Below, piece by piece: positions 49,101 to 59,400 of a DNA stretch of 64,000 nucleotides (its first letter is position 1; the number at the start of each line of letters is the position of its first letter). The stretch covers positions 1 to 64,000 of the IMG/VR virus record IMGVR_UViG_3300032328_000860; one strand, given 5' to 3'. The position numbers were made by a program, and so were the translations under genes. Source of the stretch: a virus (lineage: Duplodnaviria > Caudoviricetes). Below the pieces are notes generated by a model. That model was not told the origin of the DNA. It saw nothing but the letters and a program-made list of their open reading frames with translations, and did not search any database.

Positions 49101-52100
49101 CTTTAGGCGCTAACTCAACATTATTTGCGGAACTATTAGAAGATACCGTATATAATCCTAAATAATGAGGATTATTCTGATCATCATAAGAAGCAGGAGT
49201 AATATAGTTTAACATATATCTAATCCAATCCCAGTCTAAACTGCTGGTGGTTTTTAAATATACTATCAGATCTTCCGCGGCTAAATTTGACAGAACTGTG
49301 CGATTAGGATCTTTTGCATTCTCTGTGCTAGACACATTAAGAGTAAGACCAGGAGCATCTATTAAAATTCTTGCTCCTAATAATTTACCCGGATCCAAGA
49401 AAACATATCCTTCTTCTACAGAGGTTGACGTGTATAACTTAGATCGTGGCATTGGCATAGGAATAGTCCCAGTAGGATCAACAATCTCAACATTCCAAGC
49501 GTCATAAGACTTAACATTGTTACTAAGAGATAAGTTTCGTAATGTCGTATGAGGAGAAGTAACACCATTGCTAGAACGCAGTCCTCCAACAAAACTACTA
49601 TTCGTACTTAAGGATGGCGGTGGTCCAGAATGTTTTTGGTCTACTATAACATAATCTGTTGGATTCAAGCCAGTAAAATCTAATGATGGAAATACAAAGG
49701 ATTTAGTACAATCGGTTCGTTTACTTTCTGTTAAAGCTAACCAAGCGCTATAGCTAAAATAAGGATTACCTCCATCTTTAGCAAAATCCGCTATAAAATT
49801 AGTGTTTTTACTAGCTTCACATTTTGCCTGTCTAATATAGTCGAAATAATAATTGTTATTATAGCCTAATAATGGCTTAATCTTGCCTTGATCATCAGAT
49901 AAATTATACCATTCTGAACTACCCACCACAATTCCGTCGTCTATAATATTACCATATTCTTCCCAAGCACCATCATTTGTTGGTTCATAGTTATATGTGA
50001 TTTTGCCGTCACCAGAAAAGGCATATCCATAACCAATATTGGTTGGAAATGCTATATTCGCTATACTTTCGTCTCTAAAACACTGTAATGCATTACCAGG
50101 ATGAACCATGTATTTTTTTCCATAAAATTTACCTACCTCGGCAATAAATCTATGAATAATTTTTAAATCTTGTAAAGCTTTTTCTTGAATATATTGACTA
50201 CCATCGTTTTTATCGGGAGATACAACAGTAGGATACAGACTGTCTCCCGCAATATTTGATCCTAATAATTTCCAATACCAGTCTGTTTGATCAGATGCTT
50301 CTTTTGTAGCATCATTATTGTTGAGTCCGAGTTCGCTCATTAATTTGTTTTTAGTCTCAACAAAATATGCTCTTCTAACCATTTCTATAAGGTCTGGCTT
50401 ATAAGTTTTGGCCAAAGAATATACTAGAAAATTATCAAATCCGGCTAATGCTGCTCGAATTTCAGATTCTGTTAGTACAAAATATTCTATAGGAGGAACA
50501 GGACCAGTATTAATAGCTCCTAAAGAATTAAAGGCAGTATCAGCAACAGGAGCGGTTGGCTGATAAGTATATGGTAAAGGAAACTTAGGAAAAAATTTGC
50601 CTATTTCATTTCCCGTAGTAGGATCCTCAGATCCTAAGAATGCTCGTGTAAGACTAACCGACATTACTGGTAATTCGCTAACTCTAATTACTACTGCTAA
50701 CTGACCCGTCCACGTATCAAAAAATACTGGACGTATCTCTCTGGTCGATGTTGTACTATCCGTTGATCCGGCACTAGTTTTAAAAGCAACATCATTATCA
50801 TGAACATAACCAAAAAATGGACATATTAGATCTAAATGAATAGGAAACCATCGTGCGTTGCCTGCTCCTGCAGTACCAAATCTGTCTGTATGATTAGTTT
50901 TTGTAGCCGGATCGTAATTGCCATAATGAATATCTATGCCATCATTTAGTTCTGGTGTAGTTGTCCATACAGCATCATTAGTATCCCATTGTTTTGATAC
51001 CACTTTTTGTATTTCGTATTCATCTTTAATAATTTGTACAAAAGCTGTTTCTAATTGATTGGATGTTCCTATAGCGTCTGCTAGAGCTGGATTCCTAGTG
51101 CTGTTAAAATTAGGAAATCGTATTTTACCATGGCCGTAATTTTGAGTTAAGGAAAGCCTAGGCATGGTATTGTATAGAGATGGTCCGTCCTTTAAAGAAA
51201 AATAGTTAATGAATTTTTTATTTTTAGGATCAAACACGAAACTACTTTGAGTGTACGCTAGTCTATAACTTTGAATCTGTAATAATCGTTGTTGTGATCC
51301 TCCTATAATCATAGCTCGCGCAGGAGTATCATTTTTTTCTTTGCCAGAAGTATTAGAGGATACCGGATAACCACTACACTGTAATAATTTAATAGTATTA
51401 TCTATAGTATTACTTCTTGGTTGTTGTAGCCTACTAACGGCTCGTACTTTTATAACATGATATAATTGTCTTAACCAGATTGTTGGAACCATATCTATTG
51501 TTATATCATGACCGGTCTGTTCTGCTACTAAATTAATTAGATCCATCACACTAATAATAGGTCCCTGAACTCGTATATCGTTTGGAATTTTATATGTTTG
51601 ACGAGAATCATCAGTATAGATCAAATCTGCCAAATCCAAAACAAATTGACATCTAGTAGTTGGTGCTCCAGGAGTCACAAAATGATTAAAAACTTGAGGA
51701 TTGATAACTCCAAATTCATTAAAAGCTGGAGTAATGGGCGCAAATAGATTATTAGCGGATCCTCCTTGTCTAGTAGTATGATAATCTTCTCTCTGCATAC
51801 ACTTTGATATTATTCTACCAAAAGGAGAAAATGCCTTTTTAAGAGCCTCAATGCCAGCGGCATTAAAATCGGTGTCTAATTTATTGATGCTGGTATGTGT
51901 GGTAGATGTTAAAGCTATCAAACCTTCTACAATTTTATTGACGCTAACTCCATTATCACTCGGTTTTGCTACACCAAATCCGTCTACTCCAAAAGACTCT
52001 AAAAATCCATAAACATTAAATACATTAGGTAACACACCGCGAGATAATTCTCTTAGATTATACTCAGCTCCTGCTTTAAGTAGATAATTTTTTGGAGAAC

Positions 52101-52833
52101 CATAAAAATTCGTTGCTTGGCTACTTGTAGATTTACTAAAAATAGAACCGCCGTATTTGTCTACTATAACATAGCACGAATTTAAAATAGATTGAGCACT
52201 ATTAACTATAACGCTATAGCTTTTACCTCCAGTAGATACTGTACGATTCCAAGATTGTACAAAGCCTCCAAATGAGAAATTGCCCATTTTAAAGTATACT
52301 GGAGTATCTATAATATCATAAGCATAATCAGGATGAGCATCTTGGTTAGAGCTATTATAAGTACCATCTTCTTTCATACGAGTTTTTCTACCAAAAAATC
52401 CAGGGTCTGGTCCTGTCCAATATCTAGATACCAATCCCATCATTGGATCTAGTGCATAGTATACTTTGCCTGGCAGAATACGGTTTTCTAGACCATGTAT
52501 GCTACTGTTAAACATAACGCTATCTGGTTTATTAATATAGCAATTGTCTCCGACACAAGTGTTATAATGGTTATCGGTATAAGTAAGTAAACGAGGATCA
52601 GAGACAGGTCTAGATGTTAGATACTGATCATACATACCAGATCCTGCAGAAAGAGAAGATGGATTTTGGTTTTTACCACATCCATAAGCAAAGTCATCTT
52701 CTACAAGATTAACTGTTAACTGAGACGGCTGATTACCCCAGCCTAAGCTAGTATTAAAACTAGAAACACTAGCTCCTAAAAATAATGTTTGAGCTATTAA
52801 TTTTGGTTCGTTTGAGCACGGTTGAGTTGGCAT
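46174..52833 (-). CDS. Large (2219 aa) putative tail/baseplate protein
   Basis: Long ORF in the structural operon. N-terminal FLGASVSSF..LGW..SQLTVNLV and ISNIQCSIG..GISTSY resemble hub-type beta folds; internal CPFC..CDKC. Confidence 0.55.
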   Translation of the reverse strand: MPTQPCSNEPKLIAQTLFLGASVSSFNTSLGWGNQPSQLTVNLVEDDFAYGCGKNQNPSSLSAGSGMYDQYLTSRPVSDPRLLTYTDNHYNTCVGDNCYINKPDSVMFNSSIHGLENRILPGKVYYALDPMMGLVSRYWTGPDPGFFGRKTRMKEDGTYNSSNQDAHPDYAYDIIDTPVYFKMGNFSFGGFVQSWNRTVSTGGKSYSVIVNSAQSILNSCYVIVDKYGGSIFSKSTSSQATNFYGSPKNYLLKAGAEYNLRELSRGVLPNVFNVYGFLESFGVDGFGVAKPSDNGVSVNKIVEGLIALTSTTHTSINKLDTDFNAAGIEALKKAFSPFGRIISKCMQREDYHTTRQGGSANNLFAPITPAFNEFGVINPQVFNHFVTPGAPTTRCQFVLDLADLIYTDDSRQTYKIPNDIRVQGPIISVMDLINLVAEQTGHDITIDMVPTIWLRQLYHVIKVRAVSRLQQPRSNTIDNTIKLLQCSGYPVSSNTSGKEKNDTPARAMIIGGSQQRLLQIQSYRLAYTQSSFVFDPKNKKFINYFSLKDGPSLYNTMPRLSLTQNYGHGKIRFPNFNSTRNPALADAIGTSNQLETAFVQIIKDEYEIQKVVSKQWDTNDAVWTTTPELNDGIDIHYGNYDPATKTNHTDRFGTAGAGNARWFPIHLDLICPFFGYVHDNDVAFKTSAGSTDSTTSTREIRPVFFDTWTGQLAVVIRVSELPVMSVSLTRAFLGSEDPTTGNEIGKFFPKFPLPYTYQPTAPVADTAFNSLGAINTGPVPPIEYFVLTESEIRAALAGFDNFLVYSLAKTYKPDLIEMVRRAYFVETKNKLMSELGLNNNDATKEASDQTDWYWKLLGSNIAGDSLYPTVVSPDKNDGSQYIQEKALQDLKIIHRFIAEVGKFYGKKYMVHPGNALQCFRDESIANIAFPTNIGYGYAFSGDGKITYNYEPTNDGAWEEYGNIIDDGIVVGSSEWYNLSDDQGKIKPLLGYNNNYYFDYIRQAKCEASKNTNFIADFAKDGGNPYFSYSAWLALTESKRTDCTKSFVFPSLDFTGLNPTDYVIVDQKHSGPPPSLSTNSSFVGGLRSSNGVTSPHTTLRNLSLSNNVKSYDAWNVEIVDPTGTIPMPMPRSKLYTSTSVEEGYVFLDPGKLLGARILIDAPGLTLNVSSTENAKDPNRTVLSNLAAEDLIVYLKTTSSLDWDWIRYMLNYITPASYDDQNNPHYLGLYTVSSNSSANNVELAPKAAHPFFAGIPIKSNKFVYGPWINYPDVEKFDIYPTGITVSQTDTIPPVCTNVSVYQPNVDEARKAIENLITSIDIEVRDDFVPWNYGGMNSLDIAAYKEIESRINYQSVIETAQLDMPGLPLFDLGGIFSFGGINYDYVVNTGNLIYVDAKRITETFPDLSYIPGAVVAVGPPPTATYIQAYTVLDLKANVKPSGGPMISNIQCSIGQQGISTSYSFRTYTRKIGLFNKEENDRIKKINLANLKRNKQMVGIGQELKNVIRNQKKTQDDERLDKSQFGSEDLSSKLFGWSPSMVLIGQASPYISEPSRTPAYVEDFSLNSTTVPFQTRIQAPTQWSIPTTSTDQGDNELVRNNNNYLTTNTSPTTLKNTGRVTATVQLYERKEVGSQLDKDYGTQSAMSLDGLLSPISFYPTYKNATFSYSVHMTQNCPFCFGTKVRKIKVVQYDKTGTKTVANNGVVLIVCDKCGAPGEKLNSRIKNNKEIPINLITLNPIVVPDGEFKNVNTQNYSGAHPEGVHEDISSASTGYGGQTRHFRDRMRHCIEIVARGSVPPNQSKYALETSRNLTAYTTHPAELEPRNLDYSRYDAQLFFKMSKLSPATNRVLHENNQRFFGLRGPLVLHSWGYDTDGYPIPNAADEPYAIDVFGRPKRFKLKIVRKAAVKYKMLSVGDMFEISGQTTIFSKSLNNQNLPGAAWANLNRQQINDTMVIPIFLEDDLAVDGGFEPENTTTALPTTLDYTSGYKGSIISKTQKFLNNRWTQKYRLKEFYLNWAERPDLWRVGPIDLTWDDDRKLWTAGQGCGEENPPFVVTNTNDIDTIDEFLNYKRESKCPYRDIYVTLEEDLVKQPDYDETYATRAFIDDMEFSKQPLQAGYRRLVYVKDKCGYCAPMGTKLLCRYNKSTGFYEPLTKPVMIAKGITSSANQARLTLEYIQGRRSINAPVLTVNFDNPVGFTVASDKNAMFTFINGKWTLTAIKE

Positions 52834-52835
52834 TT

Positions 52836-54899
52836 TTAATGATCCATCCAGTTCTTATCATTAGAGCATTGTTGATATACCCAACTAACAGTTTTAACAA
52901 ATCGTCCATTAGTTGGTTCCCATGTTACATTATCTCCCTTAACAAATACTTGTCCTCTAGCTCCCATTGGGCCTAAACTTCGACCAACAATTGGAGTACC
53001 AAACATATAACCTGGTCTATCTCCGAAAGGTTTTAGTCCTTCAATAATACCAGTAATAGTCTGAAAGATTGTGCCTCCGGTCCACAAAGGACAATCGATA
53101 TTTTGCATGAAAAATCCTTTTAAGGATGACGGCGGAACAACTAATACTTCTATACTAATCTCTTTGCTACTAGATGTTTTTGTTCCTAAGTTTTGCAGTA
53201 TAGGTCCTAATGCTCGACCTAATACAAATGCTTCTCCAATAACGTCTGTTGGTCCGGTATCTGACATAGTAATATTTTCACTAATAACACCACTAATAAT
53301 AGTAAACTTATTATTAAATTCATAACTATATGAGATAGTACCTTTACGAGGATTGTGTCCTTCTGATGTGCTGACTGGTATAATATTTAATAATCCCAGA
53401 GTAGAATACATAGGATTATTTGGTGGTGGTGGAGGATTGGTTGCAGCATTAATGTACGGAGTATTACGATCTTTACTATTCATCACCAAACAAGCTCTAC
53501 GATAGAGATATGGTTTAATATCACTTAACCATCCACTAGCAGCATTTGCATATTTACTACCATAAAACTGATTAGTATCTGGAGAATTTTGGTCTGCAAC
53601 GTCTAAAAGCTTTTGAGGGCCGGTCGTCAATAATCCGCTAATTAATCCGCTACTATATGATAGATCTAATCTGGTAGGAGCAAGCTCATTTATTAAACCA
53701 GGATTACCTGTTAACGCTCCCGCAGCCGCCATACTTAAGCCTTTAATTTCTCCTTGTACTCTAACAGTATGTATATATTTTTCATCTGTTGACATTTCTA
53801 CGCTATAATCTTCTATATATCTGATACCAGTGGGCATAGCCAACCATGTATCTGTAACCTCATATTTAGCTTCCGTAATACTAAAATTAATAGATCTTAA
53901 ATGATTATATAAATAACCACCTCCTGATAGGTGTGGCCATGGATTAGGTATATTAGGAGGAGTAGTATTGATCGAAGTGGCTGGACCAATAGCTATTAAT
54001 CCGGTAACGGGTGCTGGACTAGTTTGTCCAGGATAGGTGCTCCAGCTATTAATACCGTAGCCTAATCTATAGTCTACCCATTTTTTAGCATTTAAATATG
54101 TACTATATTGTGCATTATTTCCTGTTCCAGACGGTACTCCGATAGCGCTAACGGTACGAGAAACTCTAAATTGTGGTATTGAGATAATATCCAAATCAAC
54201 ATCTACGCCGGGAGTAGCTCCTGATCCAGTTCTAGTACTAGCGCTACTAGTATTTACTGGCTGAGGATTATTCGCGGCAGGAGATGTTGGTTTCATCTTA
54301 GGATTATGATATTCTTGCTTTTGTTGAACTTTAGTTCTATATGAAGCATATGTATACTCTTCTAATGGTTCGATATTCCATGAATCGACCGTTCCTTTAA
54401 CTGAAAAACCGGATATTGCAGACTCATTGGCTTCTAATACTATTGTATAGTCTGCTGTAGTCACCCAATTGTCTGTGGTTTTAGAAAAATCCATACTCAT
54501 TACACGTACGCCGGTAGCGGCAAAAATCTGACCCGGAGGCTGACTAGACGACGGAGCCCCAGCACATGTGATTGACAACACCCCAAAATCATCCTTTGTA
54601 AATAATGATTTAAGCTGATTAATACCTGTTACTACAGGAGTAACTCCGCTTCCAAAGGACGTTAAAGTACCAGGATTACCGGTGCGTACAATTTTACCAG
54701 TTAGTGTAATCTTGGTGGTTAATACTTCTGCTCCTCCAGCAGCATTTCTTTCTGTGGTATAACTAATATCAACAAATGGAGTTGGACCAGCGATTTCATG
54801 AACACCAGATCCATTCCAACGTACTGCTACTGCTGGTTGTGGCTGTGTAGCTGTTTGTGCTGTTAATACTGTGTCAAGTATTTCCGATGAATATACCAT
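52836..54899 (-). CDS. Putative virion structural protein (687 aa)
   Basis: Beta-rich with repeated VSRTVSAIG / TVRVQG / ISYSYEF elements; located in the structural operon. Confidence 0.5.
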   Translation of the reverse strand: MVYSSEILDTVLTAQTATQPQPAVAVRWNGSGVHEIAGPTPFVDISYTTERNAAGGAEVLTTKITLTGKIVRTGNPGTLTSFGSGVTPVVTGINQLKSLFTKDDFGVLSITCAGAPSSSQPPGQIFAATGVRVMSMDFSKTTDNWVTTADYTIVLEANESAISGFSVKGTVDSWNIEPLEEYTYASYRTKVQQKQEYHNPKMKPTSPAANNPQPVNTSSASTRTGSGATPGVDVDLDIISIPQFRVSRTVSAIGVPSGTGNNAQYSTYLNAKKWVDYRLGYGINSWSTYPGQTSPAPVTGLIAIGPATSINTTPPNIPNPWPHLSGGGYLYNHLRSINFSITEAKYEVTDTWLAMPTGIRYIEDYSVEMSTDEKYIHTVRVQGEIKGLSMAAAGALTGNPGLINELAPTRLDLSYSSGLISGLLTTGPQKLLDVADQNSPDTNQFYGSKYANAASGWLSDIKPYLYRRACLVMNSKDRNTPYINAATNPPPPPNNPMYSTLGLLNIIPVSTSEGHNPRKGTISYSYEFNNKFTIISGVISENITMSDTGPTDVIGEAFVLGRALGPILQNLGTKTSSSKEISIEVLVVPPSSLKGFFMQNIDCPLWTGGTIFQTITGIIEGLKPFGDRPGYMFGTPIVGRSLGPMGARGQVFVKGDNVTWEPTNGRFVKTVSWVYQQCSNDKNWMDH

Positions 54900-54924
54900 G
54901 CTTGTGTCCTATTAAAATATCCTT

Positions 54925-56367
54925 TTACACTGATCTGCTTAATGTCGGGGTGGGAGTGGGGGTTGGTGTTGAAGTTGGTGTAGAACTAGCCAAATTATTC
55001 TCAAACAATGTCAAAGAATTAGGTATGATTTTACCATCAAATAAAAATCCTTTATATAGAACTTTAATTTCATCATTAGCATAAACTTGGTCTTGGTAAA
55101 TAAGTTGTCCAATATGAATAGGAGCACATAAACTTTTTGAAGGTGTTGGCGTTACTGTTCTTGTTGGAGTAATAGACGGAGTTGGTGTTCTAGTGGCTGT
55201 TGGAGTACGAGTAGGGGTTAGTGTCATTGATAAAGAAGGAGTAACACTAGGAGTAAGAGATCTTGTGGGCGTTAGTGAACGAGTAACTGTCACAGACGGG
55301 GTCGGACTTCTTGTTAGTGTGATGGTAAGAGTAGGAGTAGGAGTAGGCGTTTTAGTAGGAGTAAGTGTGGGACTAACTGATACAGTAATAGAGGGGGTGG
55401 GAGTTAGGCTAGAGGTTGGTGTGGCGGTAGGAGTAACCGTTCTAGTAGGAGTCGGACTAATACACACATTAGGCGTACCCCATGTATTATTCGGAGTGCC
55501 AAAATTATCGCTCACTACAGAATCCGGTAAAATATCAGACATAGTAGCATATGTCCAATAGCCAGGACTTCCGCTTTTATTAGGATCAAAATAAGCAGCT
55601 TTATACCACTCATTTTCATTTGGTAACCAATACGACTCTTTATTCTGTGGAGAAGGTTTTGGTCCGCTAGTAGCAAAATTAGTTAAAAGATATACTCCGT
55701 TTTCTGTAGTGCTTGGACCAGGTAAACCTATAGGTTTGTTGTTATATAACCAGTTAATATATCTAACAGCATTAAACCAGTTCATAAAATTTACTGGTTT
55801 ATTTCCCATATTAGGTAAAACAGAATATGAGTACGCTGTTGTTGAAGAACCAGATCTACTAATACCTCCTCTTTGTCGGCTATCTCCCATTTGAGACACC
55901 CATAAGCCTAACGGACGAGAACTGGCGCCAACAGCATTAAGAAATGCCGCATATTCATCATTAGTTACTGGATATTTTTGAATTTGATAGTTATAATTGA
56001 CACTGCCAAAATTATTATTACTAGAATCAGCTATATTATTAGTATTACCAACAACTACATAATTTACACTATCAATAAAATCAACAGTTTTAGCTAAACG
56101 AAATCCAACATCTCCACTTTTTAAATCTAGTGTTGCTACGCCAAAATAAGTTTTGGTTATCATAGATTGCGAAGACTGATATGATCCTCCTCTATATATA
56201 GAAAAGCCTCCACTAAAACTATCTAATAGCTCATTAATATTTCCTGCTTGATCATAAGTGCCATAATAGCTAGATCGTCCACTAGATCCTACTGTTGTTA
56301 AATTTCCGTCCACAGAATTCCAGTCTGCGGTATTATTATAATTAGCACTATTACAGGATGTTAACAT
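54925..56367 (-). CDS. Circularly permuted FGE/SUMF1 (C-type lectin fold) domain protein with Thr/Pro/Ser-rich tail
   Basis: GTYDQAGN, RGGS and VGFRLA precede KYPVTN.EY..FLN, PVNF..W, LPNENEWYKAAY and YWTYAT. Confidence 0.8.
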   Translation of the reverse strand: MLTSCNSANYNNTADWNSVDGNLTTVGSSGRSSYYGTYDQAGNINELLDSFSGGFSIYRGGSYQSSQSMITKTYFGVATLDLKSGDVGFRLAKTVDFIDSVNYVVVGNTNNIADSSNNNFGSVNYNYQIQKYPVTNDEYAAFLNAVGASSRPLGLWVSQMGDSRQRGGISRSGSSTTAYSYSVLPNMGNKPVNFMNWFNAVRYINWLYNNKPIGLPGPSTTENGVYLLTNFATSGPKPSPQNKESYWLPNENEWYKAAYFDPNKSGSPGYWTYATMSDILPDSVVSDNFGTPNNTWGTPNVCISPTPTRTVTPTATPTSSLTPTPSITVSVSPTLTPTKTPTPTPTLTITLTRSPTPSVTVTRSLTPTRSLTPSVTPSLSMTLTPTRTPTATRTPTPSITPTRTVTPTPSKSLCAPIHIGQLIYQDQVYANDEIKVLYKGFLFDGKIIPNSLTLFENNLASSTPTSTPTPTPTPTLSRSV

Positions 56368-56419
56368 TATTGGTCCTTTTATGACAAACTTCAGTATTAT
56401 ATTAATATAATAAGATATA

Positions 56420-59400
56420 TTAGCAAGGAGAAAGTCCGGTAGCTGTTTTATAAATCCAATCTAAATAGTTCTCAGTATTACATAATTGTTCTAGTAACTG
56501 ATAGCCTTCACCAATCATTAAAGTTTTAAATTGATCAACAGCAGTACCAATAGCTTCTCTGTTCATACTGCCGCTAGTATCTATAAAAATAACTATTCTT
56601 ATTGGCCGTAAGGATGACGGAGTAGGCATATTTGACCATATAGACTCTTTTTTGCTCTTAATAAAGGCTCCGGTTAAAGTTTGACCAGTTACAGGACAAG
56701 GAGGGGATTCTCTCGGAGTATCTACGACATTTGTTAATGGAATAGGGAGCGCGGGACTTGCGTTAGGAGGGAATATGCCCATACTCTGACAGCTATTAAG
56801 TCTAACATTAAATAATATAATTTTAGACGGATCATAGTTTTGATTGGTTATAAGAGTATTAAACTTGTTAACATCGGCAATCCAATCACTACTAATACTA
56901 CTATATGGAGTACTCTCATCAATAAATACCATAATATAATCTTGAGAATTAATAATACTTTGTGCTAGAGATGGCGTGGGAGTAGGAGTTACTGTTCTAG
57001 TAGGTGTTGGAAAGGGCGTTTTTGTGGGTGTTGGTGTTCTTGTTATATTACATATATTATGATTATTACAAATTACAGAATAAGTAGTATCAGAATTAAT
57101 ATTTGAAGAATAATGTACTATTTCATTATTATTAGCTAAAACTTTAACATTTAATGACCAAGATGTAATAATTTTATGTTTTTTAATTAATAGTGGAATA
57201 GAGAATGAAGATGCGGATGCTCTGAATGAATATGAGTATTTGTCTAAAGATATATTATATGGGCTAGTTTTATCAACAGAAAATATTATAGTATAATTAG
57301 TATGAGGAATAAGATCATTTACTTCTACAAAAATAGAATCAGATGTATATTCCCATGGTCCTATGCCAAACTCATCAACATCAGAACATTCCGGCTCAAT
57401 ATCACTTTGAGTAGCATAAGTCCAGTATCCACTGTTTATACCAGATCCCTTATAATAAGCAGCTTTATACATTTCATTAAAAGATGGTATATAGTATGAG
57501 CCTGACGGATTAATTGTTATTATGTTTTCATTAGTAGATAGATCATAAACACCAGAATCCGTATGTCTAGAATCAGGATTATCAACCAGATTATGCAGCC
57601 AGTTGCAATAGCGAGCAGCCATAAACCAATTAATGCCTACAACGGGCTTATCATCCATATTGGGCTTAACTTTATATTTAGATCCAAAGTCCTGATATTC
57701 ATCAAATATAACGCCATTATTATAAGAATTAGAATTTGCATAAACATTTTGTGGATGTACTATTGGCTGACCAAAACCATTTGTAGCAGATGAGGTTTGA
57801 TAAAATGTGCCACTAGGATCTACTATATTTAAATATTTAGTATAATCACTATTAGTAACCTCTAATCTATTAATTAGATAACTATCCTCTACACAACCAA
57901 CAGCTTTATGGGTTGATCCGGCTAAGTCTTTAAGACCAACAGTTCTATATTCTGTATTATTTAATAGAATAGGTGTGGTATTTCCTATATCATTGTCTAT
58001 ATCTATAGTATACCAATAACCACTAGAAATATCATGACCATATAATACATTATTCCCAAAAGCAATTTGAAGACCAGTATTACTAACAGCGCCATGTATA
58101 ATACCGCTGACTAATAATGTTGGGTTATTATATGGAGGAACAGTGTTTTCATTTAAATTAATACCATATAGCAATCCTTTATTTGTTACTCCATAAAGCA
58201 TTCCTTCATATATTGATATGTCACTAACGTCATTATTTATACCCAGACCCATAGGTACAACCCATTTTTCGGAACTAGTAGCATATGACGTACCAGATAA
58301 AGAAATTATATTTATTTTATATAGATCATCGGTTTGATTATCAAAATACCAATAACTATTATCATAATAAGAGGCATTAGTTATGGCCCCAGATACCAAT
58401 ACTGAGCCCGATACTAAAGGCTGTGGGGATAACTGAGTATTAGTATTAATATTGATTGAACTATAATATAAGCCAGAAGCATATAGGCCGTCCCCATTAT
58501 AGTGATAATACAATATATTGTTAGCATTATCGTATGCCAAACCATCTACGAAGTCTAAATTTAGAAAATTGTTATGAGTTTTAGTATTAGAGGCTAATTT
58601 AAAATTAGGGTTTATACTCCAAATATTATTATTTCTACTGACACCATAAATATTAATATCGTTTAAGATAGAAGGATTGTTGTTATTGTCTTGAACTTGT
58701 GCAAAATTAGGTAAAGATAAAGGATTATTCTTAGAGGCAAGCCTAAAGCCTACATAATCTAAAGAGCTGTACGAACTATATGTTCCTGGTACTAATCCAT
58801 AATTATTATGAATATAGTTTTTAGATATGTTAGTAGCAGAATCCATAAAAGATCCGCCGAATAATAGGTGTGCATAGGACTCATAAGACCCATGATAAAA
58901 ACCTATTTGATCAGATGTCCATTCCCAAACGTTTCCGCTCATATCAAATGTGCCATATGCGCTAGGACAGCCGTTATACCCTACTGATGATACATTTGTT
59001 GACCCTTGCCATTCAACACATTTTTTATAGTTGGCTTTATTAAGATTATCAATATCTAAGCCCGGCAATAATAAATTCAAACTCGGAGTTGGTGTTGGAG
59101 ACAGTGTCGCGGTCGGTGTCTGGGTGGGGGTAATACTGTTTGTAACAGTAACTGTTGGCGTGACTGTATTAGTTGGCGTAACCGTAGGAGTTGCTGTGCT
59201 AGTGGGAGTAATGCTTCTAGTTAAGGTTTGTGTAGGAGTTACTGTTGGCGTAACCGTTGTTGTTGGTGTGACTGTTGGTGTAGTTGTTACTGTTGGTGTG
59301 GTTGTTGGAGTAACAGTAGAAGTTGCTGTTCTGGTGGGGGTAATGCTTCTAGTTAAGGTTTGTGTAGGAGTTACTGTTGGCGTAACCGTTTCTGTTGGTG

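Noticed and set aside
54925-59040. Diversity-generating retroelement targeting the FGE/CLec domains
   Set aside because: No reverse transcriptase and no TR/VR pair differing only at adenines is visible in this window; one elsewhere in the genome cannot be excluded.
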